Source of the DNA: a virus
Taxonomy: Duplodnaviria > Caudoviricetes
Reading direction: 5' to 3' (one strand)
IMG/VR virus record: IMGVR_UViG_3300027656_000032
Coordinates: 1 to 31,084 of that record
DNA length: 31,084 nt
Positions 1 to 7,536 of this stretch are shown in pieces; position 1 is the stretch's first letter; each line of letters opens with the position of its first letter. The notes under the pieces were generated by a model, which did not search any database, was not told the DNA's origin, and saw only the letters and a program-made list of their open reading frames with translations. The position numbers and the translations under genes are program-made.

Positions 1-66
1 GGGTTACGTTATCACGCTCAATTTGCAAATTTACCGTGTACCCATTGATGCCACCGGGGGTCTTGG

Positions 67-363
67 CTATTTTGAACCTTTTTGGCTATTACATTTTCTA
101 CAAAGAACTTGTAAGTTGCTTGGAATAGATAAACCGCCTTGCGCCAAAGGTTTTATATGATCAAGAGTCAAGTCTTTGGTTGAATAACATCGGCTGCAGA
201 ATGGTTGTTGCGCTCGCATAGTCCGTGAGAGTTTATGCCACTTACTGTCATATCCTCGATCTGCACGCTTTGGTCTCTTGCGTTCTAATAATCGTTTGCA
301 CGCATCACATCGAGAAGCGCGAACAACAACACCGCAACCATTGCAAGGTCTAGGCAATACCAT
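67..363 (-). CDS. HNH endonuclease, terminase-associated (HK97 gp74-like)
   Basis: RGYDxKW...PFCxxC...DHIKPLAQGG...NLQVLCRKCN HNH signature; would lie directly upstream of TerS in the circularised genome. Confidence 0.9.
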   Translation of the reverse strand: MVLPRPCNGCGVVVRASRCDACKRLLERKRPKRADRGYDSKWHKLSRTMRAQQPFCSRCYSTKDLTLDHIKPLAQGGLSIPSNLQVLCRKCNSQKGSK

Positions 364-733
364 CGGTCTTTATCAAATACTCAATTGCCATTGATAGCTT
401 TGTTGTGTCATCCCCATAGTACCCAAGCCCCACATTGCATCGTGTGCATAAGAGTCCACGAATCTTGTGAGTCTCATGATTGTGGTCAACAACTAAACCG
501 CGCTCTGCCTCTGATGTATGTATGCCACAGATTGCACAAGAGTTGTTTTGTGCTTTAAGCAATGAATCATATTGTTCATCTGTGATGTTTGTAATCATGC
601 GATGTTTATTGCGACAGTTCTTGCATATGTCATAGTGACCATTAGGTGTTCGCTTATCTTTATGAAATGAATCAAGAGGTAAATCTATTTTGCATCTTCG
701 ACACTTTGAAGTTGTGTCAGTCCTCTTCCTCAT
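350..733 (-). CDS. Recombination endonuclease VII-like nuclease with N-terminal Zn finger
   Basis: QNNSCAICG...LVVDHNHETHKIRGLLCTRCNVGLG matches the Endo VII family. Start trimmed to ATG 733 (739 possible) because the longer ORF overlaps 717..917. Confidence 0.85.
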   Translation of the reverse strand: MRKRTDTTSKCRRCKIDLPLDSFHKDKRTPNGHYDICKNCRNKHRMITNITDEQYDSLLKAQNNSCAICGIHTSEAERGLVVDHNHETHKIRGLLCTRCNVGLGYYGDDTTKLSMAIEYLIKTDGIA

Positions 734-917
734 CGTCATCGTCAGAAGTATCCAATCCAAGTGCAGCAAGACGATCCTCAGCCGGTAATGAAAGGTATGA
801 GGAAACAGTTGATTGAACTGCACGATTAAGTAAAGATTCAATGGCATCAAATGAGAGTGCCTGATCTGTCATCAACTCAGTTGCAACATCACCGATGTTT
901 ATGATTATCTTCAGCAT
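717..917 (-). CDS. Hypothetical protein with acidic C-terminal tail
   Basis: 66-aa ORF directly after the putative late promoter; ends DDDDEEED. Confidence 0.7.
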   Translation of the reverse strand: MLKIIINIGDVATELMTDQALSFDAIESLLNRAVQSTVSSYLSLPAEDRLAALGLDTSDDDDEEED

Positions 918-965
918 TGTGTGAATCCATATGCTGTTGCAGGGATAGCAAAACCTGATAGCGAA

Positions 966-997
966 AGCGTAGCATAATTGATTGCCAACTTTGTCAA
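966..997 (-). promoter_or_regulatory. Putative late promoter
   Basis: Minus strand TTGACA (997-992) then extended -10 TGC-TACGCT (971-966) with a 20-nt spacer; alternative -10 TATGCT gives a 15-nt spacer. Confidence 0.55.
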
Positions 998-1002
998 ATC
1001 AT

Positions 1003-1743
1003 TCATATCTGCACCACTTTCAAAATGTCTCCGAAGTTGTAAAGGCTTCCACGCTTTTCAATGTCATGGCGTTTGACAATCCGATAAATCTCTCTCTGAC
1101 TTATCTTGAGCCATAAACTGATTGCCTCAACATCAAGAAAGAACTTTCGGTTCGGATTGCTCATCGCCAACTTCACCAATCGAGCTACTGTCCACGATTG
1201 CTTACATCCAAAACAAGAGACATCATCAGATAAGTTCTCAACATCTATGACAACAAATCTTTTGCAATCATCTGTCGGACAGGGAATGCGCCGGGCTTGT
1301 TCAGAGAACTTCTTTGCTGCTGCTCTGCCTTTGGCATGGAGACCATAGACATCTGAGACGAATTCTACTGCCCACGGCTGAAACAAACTGTATTCCAAAT
1401 GCGCTAGATGGAACGCACAGGTGGCACCTACTTCTGCTTCAATCGTTGGCTCTTTGTCCAGGTAGGCAGGTGGTGTCAGCCCACGCCCAATCCGAATTGG
1501 CACTTCCCATCCATGCAAGATGTTGAGCAGGTCAGTTGCCATTGAGAAGTCCAATGCATTGACATTGATGCCGATTGAACGCTCTGCACTCACCGCGCCT
1601 GATCCTGTCCTTGCAGGGGCAAGATGCTCACTTGATTCATGTTGCAGGGCAGGAAGTTCAATCAGGCACGCCTTGACTTTCAGTTCACATACAAGGCAAG
1701 CGCCCTGTTTTTTGGTTGCTCGTTGGCAGATGGTGCAGTTCAT
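1003..1743 (-). CDS. Zn-finger/HTH protein, probable late-gene regulator
   Basis: Start ATG 1743 (AAGGAG RBS, TGATG coupling). N-terminal CxxC..CxxC, CPxxxC..CxxC ribbon, C-terminal HTH-like segment (VEAISLWLKISQREIYRIVKR). Function inferred from position. Confidence 0.65.
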   Translation of the reverse strand: MNCTICQRATKKQGACLVCELKVKACLIELPALQHESSEHLAPARTGSGAVSAERSIGINVNALDFSMATDLLNILHGWEVPIRIGRGLTPPAYLDKEPTIEAEVGATCAFHLAHLEYSLFQPWAVEFVSDVYGLHAKGRAAAKKFSEQARRIPCPTDDCKRFVVIDVENLSDDVSCFGCKQSWTVARLVKLAMSNPNRKFFLDVEAISLWLKISQREIYRIVKRHDIEKRGSLYNFGDILKVVQI

Positions 1744-2093
1744 CAGAAAGGAACTCCTTCGGTCTCTTCGATTCTCTTTGGCTTGCCCCAATAGTCAGGT
1801 GCCATGTCAGGTGTTTCAAACAGGTGCATGGTCGAACATAGATGGGTGGCAAGGGTGATGGCGTTGGGATTGGTTCCCATTGCAATCCGACTTGAAGTTC
1901 TCCTGACTGCCTCAAATGAAACGACAGTCTTGTGGCATTCATAGGTTCTTGCACCCTGCAAAATCTTCACGATCTCTTCGGCAATGTTGAGTCGAGCCGT
2001 ATCAAGTTTTGTCTCAAATCCTGCCGACGATAAACCGTGCCAAATAAGTTTTCCACAGGCTCGGCAGTTTATTGGATTGAAGTTGGAATTCAT
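1743..2093 (-). CDS. Hypothetical protein (CxxC, probable Zn-binding)
   Basis: Likely start MNSNFNPINCRACGKLIW at 2093; the longer 2282 ORF runs through the repeat-rich origin-like region. Confidence 0.7.
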   Translation of the reverse strand: MNSNFNPINCRACGKLIWHGLSSAGFETKLDTARLNIAEEIVKILQGARTYECHKTVVSFEAVRRTSSRIAMGTNPNAITLATHLCSTMHLFETPDMAPDYWGKPKRIEETEGVPF

Positions 2094-2120
2094 TAAGATA
2101 ACCAATCCGTGAGCGTGCCA

Positions 2121-2245
2121 CCGAACCGCGCCCCACGCCCCTCTAAAGAGGGGGCGTGTCGGCGCGGTTGTCGGCAGTATGCCGAGAAAATAGCGGAACA
2201 GTTCGGCGCGGTTCGGCGCGGTTGCATTCTCAAGAGTTATCCACA
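2121..2245. other. Putative replication origin (GC-rich palindrome, iteron-like repeats, DnaA box)
   Basis: Imperfect inverted repeat 2124-2169, hairpin 2171-2185, tandem GTTCGGCGCG x2 at 2201-2220, TTATCCACA at 2237-2245; all immediately downstream of or overlapping the end of the primase-helicase gene. Confidence 0.6.
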
Positions 2246-4308
2246 GGCAAAGTCTCAAGAGTTCGGACATCATTGACCACAAAAGTTTTCTTGTGCTTGA
2301 ACAATTTCTTCTGTCCTTCCTCTTTCATCAACAAATTGCCACTCATCACAAGCGATGTCAGAGCTGTTGAAATCTCGGTGTTGCCAATCTTATGACCCTC
2401 TTTGCGAATCTTTTCTCTGATCTCATTCAAGCCCATCTCATAGCCATGTGCTTCCATAAACTGTGAGACCAACTCAAGTCGAGAGTCGGCAGAAGCGATG
2501 GCAACGGTGCCACCTGAGATTGAGACTGAGATTGACCCATCCTTGCCGTTTCGGATATTGGCAACGCCGAGTGTCTTTGCATCAGGGCATAAGGCTCTGA
2601 CATAGCCAGGGCGATCTTTAGTGACCTTCAAATCCAACGCACCGTCAATGCCTCTGCCAAATGGCATTGACACATCACAGGCAATTGCCACCCCATCAAT
2701 ATCGGCACGCTTTGCTTGAGCGCCGATGGCATAGTTGCCCCGGTTGTCCTTAGATTTAGTCACATGGTCAATGGTCAGAATGCCTGATCCAAATATCTTC
2801 AGCGGCTTCAAAACCTTCTGTGTGAAGGTGGTTGCATCCTTGTTCTTTTCCAAGTCAAGCCCAAGCAAATTCATCGCAGCGTTGACACCATCGACAACAA
2901 TCAGCGTTGGCATAAACTTACCAATCTCAGTTTTCATAATCTCACCGATGCCATCACCGAGAGGTTCATCAGGATTGGCATACTTGAATGACTTCAGCTT
3001 CTCCATGTCGCACTTGAGGGTTTTCAGGCGATTGAGAATGCCTCGTGCAGAATCTTCAAAGTCAATGTAGAAAACACAGTTGCCCTTTGCTAACTCCTGC
3101 CGCACCGCTTCAAGTGCCACCCAAGTCTTGCCTGACTCAGACTCACCAAAGAGCGCGTTGACCTTTCCTGCATACAGGATGCAGTTGCCATCCTCACGGC
3201 GAAGCATTGAGGGTGGCGGTTCTTCCTCAAAGTTCTCATTCCAAATCTCGCGTGGAATCCAAGAACTTGTGGCAACTTCCTCATTCTCATCATGTAACTG
3301 CACCAATGATGGGGCGTGAACATCTAATCCTGCCCAATCGGTTTTCAGCTCTTGAGAAGCACCATATCCCTTCTCACGCAAGGCTTTGGCAGCCTGTTTG
3401 AAATCTCCATTGTGTTCAATCTGTGCGTAAGCGGCAAACTTTGAGTATGAGGATTCAGCGTTGAAGATGGTGCTTGTTGAAAATACAAAGAGTTTGTCAT
3501 TGCCGTTGAAGTTTGTGGTGGCAGATACGCCTTCATTCTTGCCTGGTCTGCGCCATGCGGTGGCATCTGCCTTTGAATACACCTTAGTCCACCCAAGAGG
3601 TTCAAGGATAGATTCCCAAGTGACTTTGGCGTTGTAGTCATCACCTGCCGACAATGACGAGTCATCGCGCTTGACCACATCTGCCTGAATGGATTCCACT
3701 TTAGGCATCTGATCAAACATCGCAAAGAGGTTGTGCAGGGCGTTTCTTTGCTGCATCGTAATTGTTGGAATCGTTTCAATGCTCCCACCAATCAAAGTCC
3801 AATTACCACCTGAAGGATGGGTGGTGCCACCTGAAGGTGCGGTGATGGTGAACCCACCTTGACCACGAGTTTCGGCAAGAACATCGTTGCCACCTTCACC
3901 TGGTTTGCGAGCCAACTTTGTATTGCCAGGAACTTCGCCATCTGAAATCTTGTAAAGCCAATGAAGCCCACCTGAAGGTGTCATCTCCACATATCCTGAG
4001 TTCAACTGCTCCCATAACTCTTTCAACCCTGAGTTGTTGGCAATCTCTGCAATCTCAAGATGTATCTTTTGAGCTACGGCGCGACCTTCAAGTTCGAGCA
4101 TCTCAAGATTGCCGGAGACCTTGCCGGTGACAACGCCGATGCCATCAACACCATTCTTGAACCACATGAGCAATTCATCAGTATTAGGCAATTCCTCTTG
4201 AAAGCGTTGCCAGGCAAAGGCAGGTCGCTTGGAGCCGTCATTGGCGACAGGAACGACAGAGATTCCTTCTTTCAGGAACCGCAGGGCGATTGGTAGTAGC
4301 TCATTCAC
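2230..4308 (-). CDS. Bifunctional DNA primase/polymerase (AEP Prim-Pol) fused to RecA-fold/RepA-like helicase
   Basis: N-terminal SVVPV..GSKRP..TPSGGLHWLY..ETRGQGGF..APS Prim-Pol motifs; Walker A GESESGKT, Walker B LIVVDG, TIDH. GTG start at 4308 overlaps the upstream stop (GTGA). Confidence 0.9.
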   Translation of the reverse strand: MNELLPIALRFLKEGISVVPVANDGSKRPAFAWQRFQEELPNTDELLMWFKNGVDGIGVVTGKVSGNLEMLELEGRAVAQKIHLEIAEIANNSGLKELWEQLNSGYVEMTPSGGLHWLYKISDGEVPGNTKLARKPGEGGNDVLAETRGQGGFTITAPSGGTTHPSGGNWTLIGGSIETIPTITMQQRNALHNLFAMFDQMPKVESIQADVVKRDDSSLSAGDDYNAKVTWESILEPLGWTKVYSKADATAWRRPGKNEGVSATTNFNGNDKLFVFSTSTIFNAESSYSKFAAYAQIEHNGDFKQAAKALREKGYGASQELKTDWAGLDVHAPSLVQLHDENEEVATSSWIPREIWNENFEEEPPPSMLRREDGNCILYAGKVNALFGESESGKTWVALEAVRQELAKGNCVFYIDFEDSARGILNRLKTLKCDMEKLKSFKYANPDEPLGDGIGEIMKTEIGKFMPTLIVVDGVNAAMNLLGLDLEKNKDATTFTQKVLKPLKIFGSGILTIDHVTKSKDNRGNYAIGAQAKRADIDGVAIACDVSMPFGRGIDGALDLKVTKDRPGYVRALCPDAKTLGVANIRNGKDGSISVSISGGTVAIASADSRLELVSQFMEAHGYEMGLNEIREKIRKEGHKIGNTEISTALTSLVMSGNLLMKEEGQKKLFKHKKTFVVNDVRTLETLPVDNS

Positions 4309-4472
4309 TTGCCACCCCATCCATCACCTTTGAAGATGGTGCCACCCAATGAATATTTGCGTTGCATCAGCTTCTTCTTGCAACCTTCACAAATGATTCT
4401 TTTCTCATCATTCATCTCAAAAAACACTTCTGCAATGTGTCCACAGTCGCATTTGAATTCATAAAATGGCAT
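4305..4472 (-). CDS. FmdB-family zinc-ribbon protein (55 aa, not in ORF track)
   Basis: MPFYEFKCDCGH...ICEGC..MQRKYS..IFKGDGWGGK; GGGGGAA RBS upstream. Confidence 0.85.
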   Translation of the reverse strand: MPFYEFKCDCGHIAEVFFEMNDEKRIICEGCKKKLMQRKYSLGGTIFKGDGWGGK

Positions 4473-4499
4473 TGCTTCCCCCGTTCAAAAGTTTTTATC

Positions 4500-4562
4500 T
4501 TGTGAGGTGGTGGGAGTCGAACCCACCTGCGCAATTCCCCAAAAACGCAAATCCCATACCTC
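4500..4562 (-). ncRNA. tRNA-like/tmRNA-TLD-like mini element
   Basis: Perfect T-arm GTGGG-TTCGACT-CCCAC (4526-4510), 5-bp acceptor-like stem GAGGT/ACCTC, middle stem TGCG/CGCA; no D-stem and no CCA. Confidence 0.55.
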
Positions 4563-4563
4563 G

Positions 4564-4602
4564 TTCCCCGTGGCGAAAGGAAAGGATTAAAGCCACAGGA
4601 AA
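4564..4602 (-). other. Stem-loop with pyrimidine-rich loop directly after stop codon
   Basis: TTTCCTGTGGC/GCCACGGGGAA 11-bp stem (2 G-U), loop TTTAATCCTTTCCTTTC. Confidence 0.55.
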
Positions 4603-4603
4603 G

Positions 4604-5065
4604 TTATACCTGCTTTGCGCCTAACTGATTCAACAATGCCTGAACTTCAGGTGGCAAGTTGTTGGTGTCAATCGGTGCTTGCGGTGCGGCAGGGGCGGAT
4701 GCTTGCGCCTTGCCACCGCCGATGAAGGCATTTGCCTTTGCTAGATCATCAGGATTGCCTGTTGCATCAATGAGAACCCACGGTGCTGATTTACCTGGTT
4801 TTGCAGTTCCCTGTCCGATACGAGCAAGAACCTTCTGACCGATTTTGTCCTTGAGTGCATTCTTCAATGCGATGTTGAAGAACAAGATGCCATTGTGTGT
4901 CTCATCGCCATCAAGGTCAACAAGATTGACTTCGACTGCATCGGTGACACCGTGAACTGTTTGAATCTCTCTTTTGTGTTCAACAGGTGTGATGATAAGC
5001 AGCTTTCCTGCCAAGTCTGCGACCTTGACTGAATCACCGCCGCCTTGCGTTGGTGCTGTGAACAT
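4604..5065 (-). CDS. Conserved phage protein, possibly ssDNA-binding (OB-fold-like)
   Basis: Beta-rich core with flexible Ala/Pro tail, located between nuclease and primase; GGGGGAA RBS. Function is inference. Confidence 0.6.
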   Translation of the reverse strand: MFTAPTQGGGDSVKVADLAGKLLIITPVEHKREIQTVHGVTDAVEVNLVDLDGDETHNGILFFNIALKNALKDKIGQKVLARIGQGTAKPGKSAPWVLIDATGNPDDLAKANAFIGGGKAQASAPAAPQAPIDTNNLPPEVQALLNQLGAKQV

Positions 5066-5199
5066 TACTGTTCCCCCTCTTCTTTGTTGTTGTTTTCTAA
5101 CTCTGTCGGTGGATTGTTTTCAACCCATTCTTTGACACCATCTGAGAGTGCCTTTGTCGGTATCAGACCGCACTTGCAAGAGTTGTATTCGCACATCAT
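5065..5199 (-). CDS. Small hypothetical protein (44 aa, not in ORF track)
   Basis: MMCEYNSCKCGLIP...EEGEQ; ATGA overlap upstream and TAATG overlap downstream. Confidence 0.6.
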   Translation of the reverse strand: MMCEYNSCKCGLIPTKALSDGVKEWVENNPPTELENNNKEEGEQ

Positions 5200-5930
5200 T
5201 GGGTATCTCCATGACAGGCGCGAGATAAATCTTTGCTATACGGTAAAAAATAAGGGCAATAACTGCAAAGCCGTGTTGGTTCGGCAGGTATTAAATCCCA
5301 CATTTGCGGATTGCTCTCAACATCAACTGTTGAAAGAAGCGTGTATAAACTGTCAATTCGAGCAAGTGCATCCAATGCAACCTGCTCATCGTACTCGTAC
5401 ATTTCAAGGTGCATCTCATCAAGAGAACCTGATGTCGGTAAATATACAAGTGCGACATGGTTGACGATTGCACCTTGCTGTGCTTTTCCGTAACCATAAA
5501 GCTGAGTCTGAATCAATTGTTGCTTGGTCGCGCCTTCTTTTCTGCGCGTTTCAATTTGCTTGGATGAGGTGGTTTTCCAATCCATCACGATTCCACGATT
5601 GACATCAAATAAGTCAATCGAACCTGATAGACCTGAACGAATGGTGACTCGTTGCTCAACTTCATATCCTTCAATCTTGCCAAAGACCTCTGCCAAGTAA
5701 GCGTGAATTGCCGTTCCCACCTGGGCGCTCCAACTGCTGCTTCCACCCTCATTGATCTTTTCCCAATCAAGAAGTTTGTAAGCAAGACGGCGTGAGCATT
5801 CATGCCCGATTTCAGATGGGCCGATGGCAATTTGCTTTGAGCGTGGCGACCATTGACCTGCCTTTGTAATGATTTCGGCAAGTTCATTTGCCAACACCTT
5901 TGAAGGCTTATGTGGAGCAACGAATGTCAT
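5196..5930 (-). CDS. Cas4-like PD-(D/E)XK exonuclease
   Basis: PSEIGHEC..GTAIH..GSIDL..DWKT..QTQLYG..CSYCPY..C, i.e. RecB-type motifs plus the 1+3 Fe-S cysteine pattern. Confidence 0.88.
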   Translation of the reverse strand: MTFVAPHKPSKVLANELAEIITKAGQWSPRSKQIAIGPSEIGHECSRRLAYKLLDWEKINEGGSSSWSAQVGTAIHAYLAEVFGKIEGYEVEQRVTIRSGLSGSIDLFDVNRGIVMDWKTTSSKQIETRRKEGATKQQLIQTQLYGYGKAQQGAIVNHVALVYLPTSGSLDEMHLEMYEYDEQVALDALARIDSLYTLLSTVDVESNPQMWDLIPAEPTRLCSYCPYFLPYSKDLSRACHGDTQ

Positions 5931-6014
5931 TTATTCATCATCCTCTTCGTCATCTTCATATGGTGTGAAAGGTGGTTCATCAAGAAGTGGTGAGATGGGC
6001 GTGATGATGCTCAT
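5931..6014 (-). CDS. Acidic micro-protein (27 aa, not in ORF track)
   Basis: MSIITPISPLLDEPPFTPYEDDEEDDE; ATGA overlap with upstream stop; its TAA abuts the nuclease ATG. Confidence 0.6.
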   Translation of the reverse strand: MSIITPISPLLDEPPFTPYEDDEEDDE

Positions 6015-6331
6015 TGCTCACCATTCTCGACAACTGTGAATCGGCGTGAAGTTGTTGATATCTCCAAAAGCTGAATCACCTGATCAGGCAGGATTTCTCG
6101 TGCCTTCTTGACATCAAGTCTCCTTGATTCAACAAATGACCATCGGACAACCTCGTTGCCCTGGTACATACCAACTTCAGCATCGCCCAATGCACTTTCA
6201 AGGTGCGAGCGTGCGATGTCGGCAACTTCTTGCCATTCCTTTATGCGACTCAACGCATCTTTGTATTGTTTGAGCCAAGAAGCGATGTCATCATCTAAGA
6301 TGACACGCTTGTGTTCAATTTCAATGGTCAC
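6011..6331 (-). CDS. Hypothetical helical protein of the recombination module
   Basis: Probable GTG start at 6331 after TCGGGGGAA RBS (106 aa); the longer 6565 ORF overlaps the transglycosylase. Confidence 0.7.
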   Translation of the reverse strand: MTIEIEHKRVILDDDIASWLKQYKDALSRIKEWQEVADIARSHLESALGDAEVGMYQGNEVVRWSFVESRRLDVKKAREILPDQVIQLLEISTTSRRFTVVENGEQ

Positions 6332-6353
6332 TTGTAATTCCCCCGAATCTTCT

Positions 6354-6782
6354 TTAGTACCAATTGAATTTTTGAAAGTGTGACCATGCCGAGCATGGAG
6401 ACACATGGCGCCTGTGAATATAGGCGAGAGTTGCCACGAGTTGTGACACCTTAGACTCAGAATGTTCCATTCCAAGATTGCGATAGGTAGAGTCAAGCAG
6501 TTGGCCGATGCCTTGAGCTGAACTCGTTGGATTTTGTGCATCTTTCCAGGCTGATTCTTTGCCAATCAACGCGGAAAAACATTTGTATTGCTTAGTTGTA
6601 AGCAAATCACGAGCCACTTCCTTCGGATTTACCTGGGAAAGCGGTGGTCGCTCTGAATAAACAATGGATGCAGGAACTGCAATTTGTGGAGCTAATGCGG
6701 CATTGACAACCATTGATGTCAAACCACTTACGCTGATCATTATTGCAATCCCCCTGATAAGTCTTTTGTTTTGAGTTGTGAT
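6354..6782 (-). CDS. Secreted lytic transglycosylase-like protein (SLT/lysozyme-like)
   Basis: CF..LI.KESAW..AQNPTSSAQGIGQLL...YI.RR..SPCSAW..F...NWY is typical of actinobacterial SLT-like proteins. Start is either ATG 6740 or ATC 6782 (see findings). Confidence 0.8.
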   Translation of the reverse strand: MTTQNKRLIRGIAIMISVSGLTSMVVNAALAPQIAVPASIVYSERPPLSQVNPKEVARDLLTTKQYKCFSALIGKESAWKDAQNPTSSAQGIGQLLDSTYRNLGMEHSESKVSQLVATLAYIHRRHVSPCSAWSHFQKFNWY

Positions 6783-7189
6783 TGGAGTTCTCCTTTTGAT
6801 TTCACCCCTGCTTTGCGAAGAACTTGCGTTGTGTACGAAAGGTCAACATTCAAAGCAATTGAGATTTCTTTTGGTGTTCTTCCTTGCAGATGAAGTCTGC
6901 GAATCGTCTCGGCTTTATTGATGCCGAACTTTTTGCGCCTTCTTTGAACATAAACTCCACGCTCCTTTGGTGTCGTTCCTGCCCAAATCCCAAATGGGAT
7001 GTTTTCTGCAAGTGCGTATTCCAAGCACTCCTTTCGTTCAATACAACCGCCGCAAATACTGCGAGCGATTGGGAGACTGTTTGCCTCTTCGACTTTTCCT
7101 TCAGGAAAGAAAATGTCGGGGTTTTCGATGTCACGGCATTGTGCCTGCAACAACAAAGGTAATGTGGGGAAGAAGTCTCTAAAATTCAC
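6740..7189 (-). CDS. whiB: WhiB-family transcription factor with C-terminal HTH-like extension
   Basis: C..FFP..CGGC.....CLEYAL...GIWAGTTPKER: four Cys and the G[IV]W(G/A)G turn. Confidence 0.92.
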   Translation of the reverse strand: MNFRDFFPTLPLLLQAQCRDIENPDIFFPEGKVEEANSLPIARSICGGCIERKECLEYALAENIPFGIWAGTTPKERGVYVQRRRKKFGINKAETIRRLHLQGRTPKEISIALNVDLSYTTQVLRKAGVKSKGELQSQLKTKDLSGGLQ

Positions 7190-7536
7190 TCCCTAGTTCC
7201 AAGCCATTGTTCTAAATCCTGAACAACCCATGACTTTTCAATGCCGGCATTGCGGCGTTTAATTATGACATATGCAGGTGGTGTTTGTTTCAAACCACGA
7301 GCTATTGCATAGTTGTGTGCTTCTGTGATGGCTTCATCCCAAAAGGCAGGAAGTGTGATCGCCTTGCGGTTTTTCAACTCAAAGATGTATGTCTTGTTTG
7401 CAACGACACAAACAATGTCACCTTCGTCTGCACTTCCTGCCTTACTGAGTCGCTCGGCGCTGACCCCGTGTTCCCTAAGCCACTTCATTACTGAAGTTTC
7501 AAAGAGTGCGCCTTTGCGACCATTGGGATTTGCCAC
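7186..7536 (-). CDS. Holliday junction resolvase (Hjc-like PD-(D/E)XK)
   Basis: RKGALFE...DEGDI...FELKN motif pattern. Confidence 0.82.
   Translation of the reverse strand: MANPNGRKGALFETSVMKWLREHGVSAERLSKAGSADEGDIVCVVANKTYIFELKNRKAITLPAFWDEAITEAHNYAIARGLKQTPPAYVIIKRRNAGIEKSWVVQDLEQWLGTRE

Noticed and set aside
2094-2282. N-terminal extension of ORF 1743-2282
   Set aside because: Runs through the palindrome/iteron region and overlaps the helicase; ATG 2093 is more plausible.
4500-4575. Functional canonical tRNA gene
   Set aside because: No D-stem, no 7-nt anticodon loop, only a 5-bp acceptor stem and no CCA; reported as tRNA-like instead.
5196-5930. Cas4-like gene as evidence of a CRISPR-Cas system
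   Set aside because: No repeat-spacer array or other cas genes; solo Cas4-like exonucleases are common in phage recombination modules.
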